Source of the DNA: Tubiluchus corallicola
Taxonomy: Eukaryota; Animalia; Priapulida
NCBI GenBank assembly: GCA_030141605.1
Contig: JAQGDQ010000008.1
Location: 1,302,001-1,366,000, forward strand
Direction: 5' to 3'
Length of the DNA stretch: 64,000 nt
Made by a program: the position numbers and the translations under genes. The first letter of the stretch is position 1. Every line of letters starts with the position of its first letter. The notes beneath the pieces were generated by a model. The model saw only the letters and a list, made by a program, of their open reading frames with translations, was not told the origin of the DNA and did no database searches. Below are positions 1 through 44,613 of this stretch, piece after piece.

Positions 1-621
1 GCTCATTTACTGATAAAAGTCTTACATGTTAAATTAATTTTACATTATCTTTTTGTTCATCCAGTTTTTTCCTTCATACATACAAGCCAACACTAGGTTA
101 ACAATTAAAATATTAAATCAATTAAAAAATCAAATCTATGTAGGATGTAACAACTGATGCTTTACAGAATGACAAAAGCGTCATTCTATGGATGAAATTA
201 TGCAAATATATTAGCTTAAACTCAATAAATGTTGATGTAGTTAAACCTGCATACCACGAGTTTATTAGTACTATAGACTATTGATAGTACTGAAACAATC
301 CACAATTAGTAAAAATTTTGAAACCAAATTGAACCTAAAAACTTTTAAATGAAAATGTCAGAAGTACGCCTAGAGTACTCATGGTCCAAGCGTACAAATG
401 TACAATGTCAGAGTACAAATTCCAAAGCCATTCCCACTAGAACATACAACCACCTGTCGTCATGATAGTAATTTAGTCCTTACAACTCACCAAAGAATTC
501 AATGTGTATTTAACGAAACACCCACAGCAGCTTTATGGTTACACTGATTTTTAAATTTTTGCTTACCAAACCATTGAATTTGTCTCTCAAAATTAACCAA
601 TCATATAAAAAGTTTTCTCAC

Positions 622-30671
<30,050 letters not shown>

Positions 30672-30778
30672 AGCTGTTGAGAAATTTCATTCAATCTCTA
30701 CAGAAAAACACGACGATGAAAACATCTATCCCAAGTCCTAGAAGTATAAAATATCTAATATTACGCGAATGATTGCTT

Positions 30779-31225
30779 AGGTAAATGTGAGATAAAGTAA
30801 GGTGAGGTGCAAGTAAGGTAAGGTTAAGGTTAAAAAAGGTGACTTGAGGTGAGATGAGGGGAGATAAGATAAAGTAAGGCAAGGGAAGATAAGGTGAGGT
30901 AAGGATTGGATAGGTAAGGTAAGGAAAAGTAAGCATTGGAATAAGTAAGGTAAGATAAGGTAAAGTGAGGTAAGGTAAAGTAGGGTAAGGCGAGCTAATC
31001 TAAGGTAAAGTAAAGTTAGTTGAGATCGGATAAGGTAAAGTAAGGTGAAATAAGATAAGAAGGTGAGGTATGATAAGGTGAGGTGTGGTAAAACGATGCG
31101 AGGCGAGGCAAGGCAAGGCAAAGTAAGGTAAGTTAAGTTAACTTAAGGTAAGGTAATGTAATGCAATGCAATGTATCGTAGTATAAAGTAAGGTAAGGTA
31201 AGGGTAAATAAGATAAGGTAAGTAA
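30779..31225. repeat. Degenerate (GTAAG)n pentanucleotide array
   Basis: Directly visible, immediately upstream of the Ig1 exon. Confidence 0.85.
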
Positions 31226-33321
31226 GAAAAATCAAGTGTATGTCAAGAAAGGGCAGTGTAGGTTACGGTGGACTAAGGTAAAATATAGCGTAAATACTGT
31301 GAGATAATGCAGAGTGAAGAAGAGTGATAGAGCAAAGCAAATGAAGAAAAATCATGACAAGGTATAGGCTGAAGAGTTAGGCTAACGCAAAACAAGGCAA
31401 AACGGGTAAGTGAAGGTAAAATGTAACATCGAGCAAAGGAAAATGACGTATAGACACGTAAACTGTTTAAGTTTCTGCTTGCTAAATGAAATGTCTGAAA
31501 AATGTTTACTGGCAAAAGCTAATCAGCTTTTATTGCTCTAACTTATTAGCGCTATTTTTATCAGATATGTGATGTTTGAGTATTTTTTGTTTTTAGGATG
31601 AAGCCGGTTTTGCCGAGTTGGAAACCAAAAAGATTTGAATTACTATAAACAAAATCTGGCAATTTATTATTATATCCAATAGGACATTTCACACATGTCT
31701 GTCATTTTAGGTTTGCTATGTTTCGTTGGACGTGTGTATTAATTATTATTTTACTTATTTATTTATTATTAATTTATTTTATTTATTTATTTATTTATTT
31801 CACTTCATTACTAGTTAAAGTTCATTGCCTTTGGATAAAAACCAGAGACCACTACATTAACGCAAAAACCGAATAATAGAGCATCTCACCGTTCTAGTTA
31901 ATAAAGTGCCCGCACAATTCGCCTCGTTTTGAAAAAATAGAAGGCAATATAACTTATAAACTACATACCGTTTTAGTCTTAGATTTATAGAAGTTATAGT
32001 CAAGCACAGCATGTATAAAAAGCTACGACGTTTCACTTATTTCAAAAATTTCTCCCTTTGCTCTCAGGGCCTGCTCGAAGTAGTTTGACAACCTAAGCAA
32101 AAGTACTTTTAGCGCCCCACCTCAACTACGATTCCCACTCCACCAGGCCCACACCCAAAATTTAATCTATTTTGTATATATAAAATAATATTATGGTACC
32201 TGCATATCAGTTAGGCTTATGCATGTATTGCAGGGTACTAATTAAGTGTCAGTTACGTAATAAACGTCAATCATTTTCAGTTAATCTCTGCTGACTGTCC
32301 AATCAGCGTGCTTATTTTTCACACGCCTACAGACCCGGTTCATTACCTCGGCTTTCGGGACAATCAGGGGGCATGAGCTGTAATTATATATTATCGGTGT
32401 ATGTTATATTCTTATGAAAAATGCTCAACTTTTCATTAGTTTGCGGGAGAGAAATCAACTTGGTATTGACTGCATTTGAAATGGAATTCTGCACGATCTT
32501 CAAGTATATACTCTTGCCTAGATTAATGTTAAATTGCAAGATTTTTATTGATAATAGAAAGATCTGCTGCTATTAACAATTACTTAGCTGTACTGCTCTA
32601 TGCGTAACTATGAGCAAAAGGAGGGCTAGCGTCAGTAGTATTTATCTGAAATTGCGTAATCTTAGGAAGCCAATTAAAGCGAGTATTTGTAGCAGAAAGA
32701 CAGCTCTGTCGTCGATGTGGGCGATAAATCATACATTTTGGCCCGAAAATAAAGCAGGAAATTCGTTTCATTTAATTAAATGAAACTACATAAGCAACTA
32801 CACATGTACTACATTATTATTTATTGCAAACTTAAAAATTTAAGAATGGCTTATAGAATTAGGCGCCCCGCCCAATACTTCACTAGTCGTTGGATTTTTC
32901 GTTGAGCTTAAGTCTGTAAGGCATCAAATAAACTCGACGAGAGTGATTTTGATTCTAACACCGTAACTCGAGCAATTCTTAGCAGTTTACTCACTTTCCT
33001 GCTGCCTAAGTTCAGTTAGGTAGAATCATCAGCAGCAGGGCTTCAACAGTGCAGTCAGACTCAACCATCAGCAAGACTTCGCACAGCAGGGAAACGGAAA
33101 ACAAAAAACTGTTTTCCATCCCGGTACGCATTAAGGAAGCTTCCATGTTTTTTGTCAACTACGTTTCGCGAACTAAATACAGTAACTGGTTTGGGTTATT
33201 AATATGCACTGCATTCTTCTTAATAAAAGATCAAGAACCCGCTGTACGTTAAACTAGGTAGCTTATTTGACTAAAATACTTGTCAAATGATAAATCAATA
33301 GTGTAATGAATAAAAGTCTTC

Positions 33322-33373
<52 letters not shown>

Positions 33374-33382
33374 CGATGATGA
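33322..33382. repeat. (ATG)n microsatellite
   Basis: Directly visible. Confidence 0.95.
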
Positions 33383-34964
33383 TAACACTTTTTGGGAAAT
33401 GGAAATTGAAAACTTGGGGTGTAGTTCGCAAAATGTTTTTTTTATTATATACAAATACAAAAATACATATATGCGTGTATGAAATTGGTCCTTTCTTGTC
33501 CAGCCACCTCGTTAGTTTAATAAACCATTTAAACGAACTTTTGACTCGAAAGCCTCCCAGCCCCCCGCCTCCGTATTAGTAGGGAACGTAAGAAATGATT
33601 AGAAATAAAAAATAACCAGGATTCAAAGCTTCGGGCCAACTACGAGCAAAAACGGCCTCACCATGTTCGGTGAAGACTACTTTAGCTACTGATTTTTTTA
33701 TATGGTCCAAGGAAATTTCCTTCCCCTAAGATGTTTTTGGGCTAGATCAGTATGCAAACCTCATCTTATTATGAACCAAATCTGTTCAGTTTCTAGAAGG
33801 CAACCAGCTAAGCTAAGGCTGTCAGTAAATGCAGAACTTAGTCGTATTCTTTATTTTTCCAACTGTTCCTCGTACAAACTTTGCGCGCTTTTTGTAAACA
33901 GAGCTGCGGATATAAACATTCTTTCATGGATAGGCCAATTCTGACAGCTGGAGAAATTAACTGTGTAACTTATATAGCGTATATGAGCAACTCTGAAATG
34001 TCCTATTTTGTTATTTTAAAATTTAAAAATATAAAATTTCCTTTATAATTTCTTTTTATCGAAGAGATGCCATTTTTCTCAAGAAAGGTTGTATTATGAT
34101 GGCAACAACTTATAACAACGCCAAACTGATGTCAAGTCTTATAAATCTGCAGCCACAAGCGTTGTATCTTCAAAACAACAAACGTTACAATTTTTTCTGC
34201 CGAAAGAAGTTGTAACGCAGATTAGCAACACAATGATTATAAACATGCTTAATATGGAAGGAAATGAAAATTGTTATTTATATCAGTTAAGATGAAATCC
34301 CTTACAGAATATGATGAGATGGGATCAGGAGTCATGCCAGTTTCTAATTTATAAAAAACGTTATAATGTTTGTCGTTAATTCAATAAATTACTGTGGCAG
34401 TAATTAATAATTAACAAATTAATAAAAAATTGTGGCATTTGTGATTAATTTTAGTAAAATGCAAATTGGGTGAAGTTTATAACGTTTGGAGATAACTTAA
34501 AGCCGACGAGACGTTTGTGGTTGCAGTGTTACAAGGTTTGTATTCACAAGAAGTTGTTACTTTGTTGTTATTTGTTGTTTTGATGTTACAACGTCTGTCG
34601 TTGACGATTTATAACGTTTGACGTTAGTTTTCGTCAATTTTATACTTGTCGGCGAACGACATTTGTCGTCGTTATAACGGTTATGTGTGTTGTAAATGAC
34701 TGTACGATGTGTGAACGATGATGACTATGGTGACACTGATTATGACGACGATAATGACGATGAACATTACGAAATTGACGACTATGACAGTTATGGCGGT
34801 GATATAATGATTCTTTTCCCTTTACTATCAGTTTGCGTTTCTGCACAACCTTGGTTTTTGTTATAAGATATAGCCTGCTGTTTTAGTTTATGCTGGTTTG
34901 TTTGTTCTCACAGACAGCAGGACATGGTGAAATGACTCTCTACTCCTCCCTATCTTCTTTCAGT

Positions 34965-34966
34965 TT

Positions 34967-35000
<34 letters not shown>

Positions 35001-35095
35001 ATTTCTCTCTCTCTCTCTCCCCCTCTCTCTCCCTCTTTCTCCCTCTTTCTGTCTCTTTCTCTTTCTTTCTCTCTCTCTCTTCTCTTTCCTTCTCC
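34965..35095. repeat. (CT)n microsatellite
   Basis: Directly visible. Confidence 0.9.
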
Positions 35096-38000
35096 TCCTG
35101 TAGTTAAAGGATCTACGTCCATTAACCAATCCTGCTTAGTCTCTTACAAAGGCCATTCAGTGTCAAAAGTTACATCTAGCTATTTCGTAACAAAGAGCTT
35201 CAGTTCTTGAAAGGGGTTTCTGATTAAGGACTAGCGCCGCAATGTAACCCAGTACATGCTCCCACTCTGAGCAGGATCACGAAATGGCAGCCCTTGGATG
35301 CTCTCCTTCTCATCCAATGAGCATATGTCGGTGTTTGTTTTCCATTAAAAATTTCAAGGAAAATGAGAAACAGGCTCACATTGCGTTAAAATAACTTTGC
35401 TTACGCTAGAGAGAGTGCCTTAGGCGGCTTAGAGAGCAATGGTGAAGAAAAAGAAGAATACGTCGAATGCGCTTAATTAGGGGAGCCAGGGATATTCGAG
35501 TTCCTCATTTTTTGAATATATTGTGAGCTGTTTGTAAAACTCGGGTGGTCTTTGCATTTTATTGCTTGAGGCGGTGCTAGCGAACTACCTTTGAACTACC
35601 ATGAGCAATCAACGCAATTTTTATTGCATTCATAATAACCTTCCCATAGATGACTTAAAGGAAAGGCCAAGCCTTCTAGGAGGTTAGGCTTACTTCTATA
35701 TCCGCGAAAAATGTTAGAAGGAATTAGTAATAAACCCGCAATAAACGCCTCGCGTAATTAGCAAAATCACTTTTAAAGTCGCGATCATTTCATGCTTGGG
35801 AGCGCCCATTCTTCTTCCAATGACGTCATTCGTCATGAAGAAAAGAAGCGCACTGTCAATTTTCGTCAAAAATATAACATGTTTTTAGAAAAAAATAAAT
35901 AGCCGATTTTGCAACATTTTTGTGTGAATACAGTATTAGCTAAACTGCAGATGTTTGAATTAGTTTAAAGCAGCGCCCGTTTATGGAAAGCCACGATGGG
36001 CTTACGAAAAGTCACAAAAACTCTCCCAGTTACGTAGTAATTTTCAAGCGAATGGCGGCAACCATCACGCCTAAAAATCAATTTTGCAAATTTCTTTGCT
36101 ATTTTTTTCTACGTTTAAGTGATAACAATAAAATAAACCTAACATACTGAGTGACTTGTTATTTCCTTTAAATAATTAAACAGAAGCTGCGCAATGCACA
36201 TGTTCCCAGGCACATACGAGTATAACGCATAACTGAGAAGAATGTTATAAACATAATTATAGGGAGATACTTAGTACGGTAGGATTCCTAATATTCTAAC
36301 ATGCTAAAAGAAATGGAAAGAGTAAAGTACATATTGTGGTCTGTTATTATACACCCATAGTTTTCACTCTTAATCCCCCATTTAAACAGTCAGGGGTCCC
36401 CGCCGTAATTAAGCGACGCTAAAAACTGTCATTCTTGTATAACACGCATCCCGGATATGTGTCTAGACTATCATGCTTTCTCGGTGAAAACCGAAACTCT
36501 GCAAGAAAGCAATGGCGATGTGCAAAAACTTCGGCCTGTGATTTGCCAACTCTCGTTTAGTAAAATGTTATCGGCGAGACGTGTCACCCAAACTGCTGCG
36601 TCAAGCATTACGCAAGTTGCGTTTTATCGATGTCATTCATTTGATTTCAGGACGCCCGATGGTGCCATCGGGCAATTATACCTATTATTTCAATTTGATT
36701 ACGTATAATATGTCGATTATAACAGTTTTTATTTTTCTACTATAAAGACATCAGCGGATTATTTAAAATTCGAATTGTTTAGCGATACTTAGATTACTGA
36801 AGACTGAAATGGCCACTGGACACTGACCACACTGAACACTAGGTCTCCGCAGTCTATAGTGTTCTTCAAGTAGCACGAAAGTTCTATTAATATTCAACCT
36901 TTGTGGAAAAACAAACAAATCTGAGAGTTAATCTCTTCAAGTTATACACGTTGTACAGCCTTAAAATAACAGTCTAAACTGAAATGTTTAAATAATTTTC
37001 ATACAAATGACATTCTTGTTAGATTAAAACTTTAAATTCTTTAACTTCTTTAAGCAGAACAAATTCATGAATAGGGTTTTTATAAGGGATGATAATTTTC
37101 TAATCGAAATCACTAAAACGAGCCCACGTGTTGATAGGCGAAGTCATTTTATTTATTAAACTAAAATGTTCGCTCCCTTCTTGCTACAGTAATGATTCTT
37201 AATGGTGTCAAACAGGTTTTAAAGTAATTTATTGTATGCTGCAAGGCTGTGCATCTGAAATACAAGTAGGGAGGCAAAAACCATAAACGTTTGGTTAAAA
37301 TGGTTTCACTACCCCTCTACTTCCACTACATGCAGCCATTTTTATTGTGTATAAATGTACATCATGTTCAGGGCTTTTCGTTACACTAAAACCCGAAATT
37401 TTTTGCTTGCCTTTATGTAAACACAATCTACTGGCAGTTTTTCTATTCGCCTTGGAAACTGAGAACTTCAGAAAACTGAAAACTTTACGAAGTTCTGTCA
37501 TTGCCATGGAATGACGTAATACGCTTAAGTCAAGAGAACGCATATCGTATACCACCTTTAACACATTGTGCAGCAGCCAGTTGATGCTATGTAAAAGTTA
37601 ATTTTTATCAAACTGACCGGCGCGAGCGAGATAATTATGCGGCCTTGAGCGAGCTAATAATTATTTGTCTCCCAATAACGTATTTTAAAAAATGAACTGC
37701 TTACATGGCATCCTTAGCATCGCAATTTACGTAGATTTCACTTAATTTGGAACAAAATTTACAAAAAGATTCGAAAAATCAGTAAGAAACATCCACTGTT
37801 TTTTTATGCGCTTAGTATACTAGTATTATGTTAGATTATTCGTAACATTGAAGAAAATTCGTTGATTTCAGTTGGTGGTATTAATTTTTGCTGATGTTTA
37901 CCATTTAAATTAATTTTAATTTTTAAATGTTTTCACACAAAAGGCGGGAGAGAGCTATAACTATGCTCGATAACTCACCTACGTACCATACACTTAAAAA

Positions 38001-41000
38001 TATAGCAATTTTGTACGGTATAAGCACGTATGAAATCAGCATTTAAGATTTAATGTAATGAAAACAAAAATGCGGGAACCAAAACAAATTCCCGTAAGGT
38101 GGCTTGCAGAGACAGAGAGCCGTAAAACCATTGAAGCATGTAGAAATGTCTGGAAAAACTTTTACAACTTGAGTAACTGTAAGTAATATCGTGGCTGTAG
38201 ACATGCGGAAACTTTTAACACTTGGACTTCCGCACAAGGAACATATTTAATTTACGCTTAAGTATATTTTTTATACGTCTAGGTATAAAACAATTTGTCA
38301 ACTGTTTTTTTCAAGTGTATTAAGTAGTTTACAAGTTATTATTGTAGATCTGGCATAGCCTTAGACGTGTAAGACTGCGTACGTACATACATACATACTA
38401 CAGGGTTAGCAAAGCTAATCCTTTCCATATTACTGAAACTACATTGTTCTTAATTTTAAGCCATAAAGCATAAATTTGGCCGTTTCTTTTATGTCAGAAA
38501 TTGTACGGCTTACAGCTGGCAATTGAATATAAACAAAAAAGCTCTCAGTACAACAATTAGATTTTACAGGTACAAAAACAATGAATTCACAAGGTAGGTA
38601 CTGAAGCCAAGTAAAAGCCAAGTCAAGCTATAGAAGAGGGACGGTATATAATATTTTTTACCGTTAGAATGATTAATTAAAGAAACGCTCTTGCGTAAGT
38701 AAATTCTTGATCAATTTGAACTATCGTATTGAAAACTTTCGCGTGTATGCGGACCGCAGTTTAATTGCCACAATGATTGAAAAATGTCTTTTCCCTGATA
38801 GGAATCACATAAAACTTTCGTCGATGCGTTACGGTAATGACATCCGCTGCTCATTAACCTATTATCACTTGTCATTACCACAGTCATTACCGCTCGACTG
38901 AAGTTCTAAAACGCCTGTTGCCTCTACTTCCTCGCATTTTTTCACTTTACTAAAGAGGGTATTTTTTTCTAAGGTAGAATAACGTACCTTAAAAATTTCT
39001 TAGATATTTGCGAACATACCAGCGGAGGAAAGCACTCCCACACTTCGCCTGATTGCGCACTTCAGAAACACGAGAACTGAAAATAGATGGCTGTGCTAAT
39101 GTGCTTTCGAACACCCTTGCTCCTCGCCCGCTGGTAACTCAATATAGCACAACAGAGAGTCTCTTTCCATATTTGTAACTGACGTATAAAAGATGGTCAG
39201 AGACTTCAGAGCGGTTTCAACTTGTGGCGGGGACTGACCACTGCACTGACCAGAAGCCGCCACTGTTCATCAGATGTATCAGCTTCGGAGATTTACTACG
39301 ATACACAAGCAGGCTCATTTGACTGGATGAAGTTCTTTTGCTTATAAGCCCCACGCCCTGATACTAATCTTATTTTCTTACAAAACTTATCTAAACTTCC
39401 GTTAACATGAGAGTCAAACCAACTCTTCATAGAGTTGAACCGTGTTCAAAGTTTAATTTTAATTTTTTTTCATGTACGCTTAAAATCGTATGAAAGTCAT
39501 TATTGAAATGAGCTAGGTAAGGTAAAGCAGGGCCGGATTTAGATCAACAGAAACCTTAGGTTATTCCACTCGTGAAGCGTGGTTCCACTCCTTCACCTCC
39601 CTATTAAAGAAAGAGAAGAGTGTTTTAAGAACTTTTAAACAAAATCAAACTCTAAAAATGCAGCTAGTCAAGAACAATGAGAAGGCGGGGAGGATGGGAC
39701 GATAAAAAGCTCGTTAAGCTTAAAACCCCATCCGTGCTGTAGCTATAAGCTACAAAACTTAGTGATGATAATGGGTGTATGTGTATAAAATTATACAATT
39801 AACAGTTTCTCCTCTGCAAGGCATTAAAGTCATTGTTAAATGCATGAGTTATTTTAAAAAATTTAAATTAATGCTGTGAAAAACTTTTTGGAATAAGTGA
39901 ACTTAAACATTCTATTGAATTAGCAGGAATTTTTAAGAAAATGAAATTGTAAGTTTATTATTAGAAGATTACATAGAAGGCCTTCAGCCCAAAGCTTAAC
40001 AATTTTTTGTTGCCTGAAAAGTGCTGGTAAAACGATCATGACCACCTGACAGCCAGTATATGTGACATTTTTAGACCCTACTTTATATATAATATTTATG
40101 TTCTTTTAGCAGTCAGTTTTAAAATGCGTATTAAGAAATAAGGAAGTTACAACTCCAGTAAGAGTATTTCTTCTGGCATACCTCGTATCATCAAAAGTTT
40201 AATGTTTATCAGGAAGGTTGATGATAGTGCAAACACAGAGTTAATTAAGTTTTGATGCCAAACTTGAAGAACAGAAAATATGAAAAAAAGTTGGAATACA
40301 TGGTGGATTTGAATCAGGGTCTACAAAATTAATCAAAAATAAGAAATCAAGAAGTAATTGATTAGAATCACTCTGTATAGTATAGTGTGAACCGTCTAAC
40401 ATTGGACATGTTGAATTTGGTTGGTGGCTAGACTATCTGTAAGGGATGAACTTGAACATATAAGTTGACTTTAAGACTATAATAATTAAAATTTTACCAG
40501 GACTTGTTTAATATTGTCACTTGAATGCACCGAATGTTCAGTGCATTGCTCAACGACTCTTGTTTTTGGGGTCTTAAAAATACCTGTTTGCCATGTAGTT
40601 CGAAACAATTAAGTTAATATTAAGAGTTTCACAATTAAGAAATAACCACAACGTTTTTCCTCTAATTTTATTTGATAAAGGTTTCTGTGAAACAGAAAGC
40701 GCGGTTCTTTAAGCGTGTGTATCACCGTACAAATAAATGAAGCAACAATGTAAAAAATGTATGGCAAATTGACAACGTCAAAAAATATTATACACATTGA
40801 CTTGAGGTCTCATAGATTTTGAGCTCCTAGGCTTAAGCTTGTCTACCTATAAGTAAGTCCGTCGCTGTGGCTAAGTCATAATAATATTTATATACGTTTT
40901 TTGCAAGAATTGCCCGTACAAAGGTAACAACTTCGAATCTAGAAAGTTGTTTTTCCAGGATTCTCTCGCGCACGCGCAGGCTACCAGTGAACCAATGCAT

Positions 41001-42555
41001 TTACTATGTAAATTATTTACAATCTTAAATTCGAGCTTCGAGAATATTGGTTAATGACGAAATAACTCCAGAACTAGAGGAGACTCAACACAATTGCAAA
41101 GCACACCTTCACGTGAAGTCACTATGAGTAAAAATAATTTTGACACCTTTGATCTTGACCTTTAGTCCCAAAAATCAATGGTTTCCTGGTCATGACGTAC
41201 ACAGGTCCCGCTCAGACCCATCTCTTTGCCAAACTCTCGTTGCGTAGGTAACTATTATTGAAACGTTTAAACTAAATCTCGCTGAAATGAAAGAAATGTA
41301 AAAAGTCTGAGATGATGGCGTCGGACTTGCGATGCATAGATCTCTATCTCAAATCACATCTTCTTTTCTTTGATTTCAAAATTTTAATAACTGAGATTAT
41401 AATATACGTACTTATTTTGGTACTTATTTCGCCACGGTTATTTCTACAATAAAAAACATACGAAGGTCTTGCTTGTCTTATAGGTCTGTTTTAGGTCTTA
41501 TTGTTAATATCAATACAATAACAAGGTTTTAAAATAGCGAGCTTGCTGGGCAAGCACGCGAATGCGACCATAAACTCTAGAGGTCTTAAAGCTGTTACAT
41601 TTTACTTGAGTTCCTGCATATCGTATTTTAGAAGCAAAATTAGCCTTAGTGTAGTATATTTAGTAATACTCAAAGGTCAATATAATTATGTGCAACTATG
41701 ATATCTATAATAATGTTGTCTACTGAGATAATAAACCAACAGCGTTTACAAGGATGTAATGGTTCATCTGTAAAAATCACAAATCTCAGTTAGTGTTTAT
41801 AAACCAGTTTATTCCTCTGACTTCTTATCTGTGGAATTCTTTGCCAGAAAGTTGTCTTCCCATAACTACAGGCTCATGAGATTGCACGAAAAACATCAAC
41901 AGATTCCTCCAACAGTTTTATTAAAAGCAAAAATTTTTCTGGACCTGAATCATCTTTACTTTTTTGTTTTAAATTGCAATGTCTTATGTCTTATCCTATG
42001 CGGACGGATTATATGCTTTGTTCTGAGGCGACAGGCGTTAAAAATGTTTAAGAGCTAATAGGAATTAGTTTACCAAACTATTACAAATTCTGGCGTAATT
42101 TTAAACTATTTCCGATTCTCCCGATTATTAGAAAAGTTAAGTGTAAGGTAAGGTGTGCGCAGTCAGTCCAGCACAGCAAGTGGCTCCTAGGTTTCGTTCC
42201 TTGTATGTTGATTGACAACTTATCCAACTCTAATAGGAGCCATGATATGCAAACGTAATACGATCACATTGTGTTGTTGGACGGTATGCAGGACTGCTTG
42301 GGCTTCTAGGCTATGTAATTTCATTTACTGTGCTCCGCCTGCCGTGGCTGCTAACACGCTGCACTTAACTGGGATGGATGAAGCTTCCTTGTCACATGTG
42401 GTTTTTATTGGCCAGACCAGTGGTTCTTCTCGCTTTTTCACTGACTGTACACCACGGGTATATTTGGCAACCAGCTGATACACATGGGTAGAAAAAAATT
42501 CGCATTGCTATAACATATTATTAGAGCCTATTGTTTCTGTTCGCCAATGGTTTTA

Positions 42556-43468
42556 GGTTTTACACGTCAAATGTAGACACAGGAAAGTTCAAATGTGACT
42601 TAGGTATGTCAAATGTAGACATAGGAATTTCGAATGTGTTTTGGTAACTCATATGTGACTTAGGTAAGTCAAATATAGACATAGGAATTTCGAATGTGTT
42701 TTGGTATCTCAAATGTGACTTAGGTAAGTCAAATGTACTTTGAATAAATCGGTAATTAACTAATTTAAGTGCAAATTACAAAAAGTTAAAACCAAATTAA
42801 AATTATATTTTATGGTCATGGTGCTATCGGCAGCATCAATCTTTATTATATTTAATTAATTTGCAACTATTTGTATGGACGTTAATACATTTTTCAAATT
42901 TAAAGAAAATGTTTGTTTGATAAGAACACTTAAAAGTGTTGTACATAAATAAGTTAACAATTATAGAATTATTAATATATACACCAATTCTACATTTTAT
43001 TTGTCAACGTTTTACAAAAACATTTTTTGAATTACTAATCAAATCTGAAAAAATTAAAATTGTAATCCATGAACAGTTAATTACCAATTAGTTTTTTAAC
43101 TAATGCATTAGCACTGCATTAATGAATTAGTTTCTCTCAAGAAACATTGTTTATTTTAAGAATGTATTGTTTTCTTTAACAGTGCCAATGGTATGTAAAG
43201 TTTGCAGAATATTAGTGAACTATTAGTAGGCCTATAACGTTGTTATTTTAATTTAAGAGCAATTATTAAATTGAAATTAAAGCAGATTAAATTTAACATC
43301 CTTAAACTTTAAGACCTATCCACATTTGAGATATATATGTCACATTTGACTTGACATGTGTCTACATTTGAATTACCAAAAGCGCTTAAGATTTGTTGAA
43401 AACCATTGTTAACACATTTGAATTACCTAAATCTACATTTGAGTTAACGCAGGTCTACATTTAAAACC
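42556..43468. mobile_element. Foldback-type non-autonomous DNA element
   Basis: GGTTTTA / TAAAACC termini flanked by TA. A ~20-bp TCAAATGT(A/G)GAC array at 42567-42740 is mirrored in reverse complement (..ACATTTGA..) at 43320-43462. AT-rich spacer. Confidence 0.65.
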
Positions 43469-44232
43469 TATAATTGTTGTCACTCATGAGTCGTTTTAGA
43501 ACCTATTGTTCCCTTTCATCAATGGCTTTATAACCTATTGTCGTCCATCAGTAGTAATATTGTTGCCGTTTATTAGTGGTTTTAGAGTCACTTTTCCGGA
43601 TAGGGGCGTTTGAGTAAGTGTACTCTCAAAATCTAAAGGCTTCTATGAAGCTTAACTGCCCAGTAATAGAATAGGAGTTAGCATGCATGTTTATAAATTA
43701 TTTGATACTAATGCATATAATAATGTCTTAATCGTTAGACCATTTACGCCTTAACACTGCGTAATGCTGCTATCTGTTGGCAGTCAGTTAAGCTATAAAG
43801 TTATGAGCCATGGGTTATGAGAACTGAGATTTGTTTAGTTCTTTCAAAATCGTAATAACTTTTATTGTCTAATTATAAATGTAACCTAAGTTACGTCTCT
43901 TTATAATAAAGGAGCACTGAGATAATGTTCACTGTCTTCACTTGTACATTTATGTTAAAATATTCCCGTAATCTTCATACTCCAATACACCAATATAAGT
44001 ACCACATTCATTTGCATAGCCTAATACTAGAATATGTCCCCACGCCATATATCGTCAACTGGTGACAATTTAACACCAGACCTGTAATCTAAATTCATTT
44101 TTCTTGATTAAAAAACACTAAAGTGTTAATTAAAATAATATGCAATAGTATATTGACAAATTGGGTAAGTTACACTGAAGAAATTAAACAATCACTAGTA
44201 ATTATTATTTATCATCCAAATGTATGGACACG

Positions 44233-44613
44233 TGGGATGAGTATTCTCCACCGGAAAGCGAATTCGAATCGAATTGCATCTGTGACTTTCGAACTCGAAT
44301 CAAATCGAATTTCACCATTTTCTAATCTGAATTTAACTCAAATTTAATTTTAAAGTTTTTCGAATAAATTTTCAAATTACTAATAAAAAGTGGTCTTGCA
44401 GAGATCATACATACTTCTTGTTTTTGTTCTGGAATAAAAACACTAATAATTTGTTTAAAAACTGTGCGCAGGAAACGCAGTCAAATATGTATTGATTGTA
44501 TGATGTTTCAATTTCTTGATAATAAAGAACTATGTAGTTGAAGGGTGAATTATTCGAATCTATAATTTTAGGTTTTATCGAACGTTCGAACTCCAGCGCT
44601 CGATGCTCACCTA
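44233..44613. mobile_element. Second, more diverged copy of the same hAT MITE family
   Basis: Shares AAAAAGTGGTCTT, GAATTATTC..ATAATTTTAGGTT and CGTTCGAACTC..CGATGCTCACC with 11786-12090. Confidence 0.75.

Noticed and set aside
39528-40867. hAT-like element from CAGGGCCGGATTTA to TAAGTCCGTCGCTG
   Set aside because: Ends only loosely complementary and no convincing 8-bp TSD
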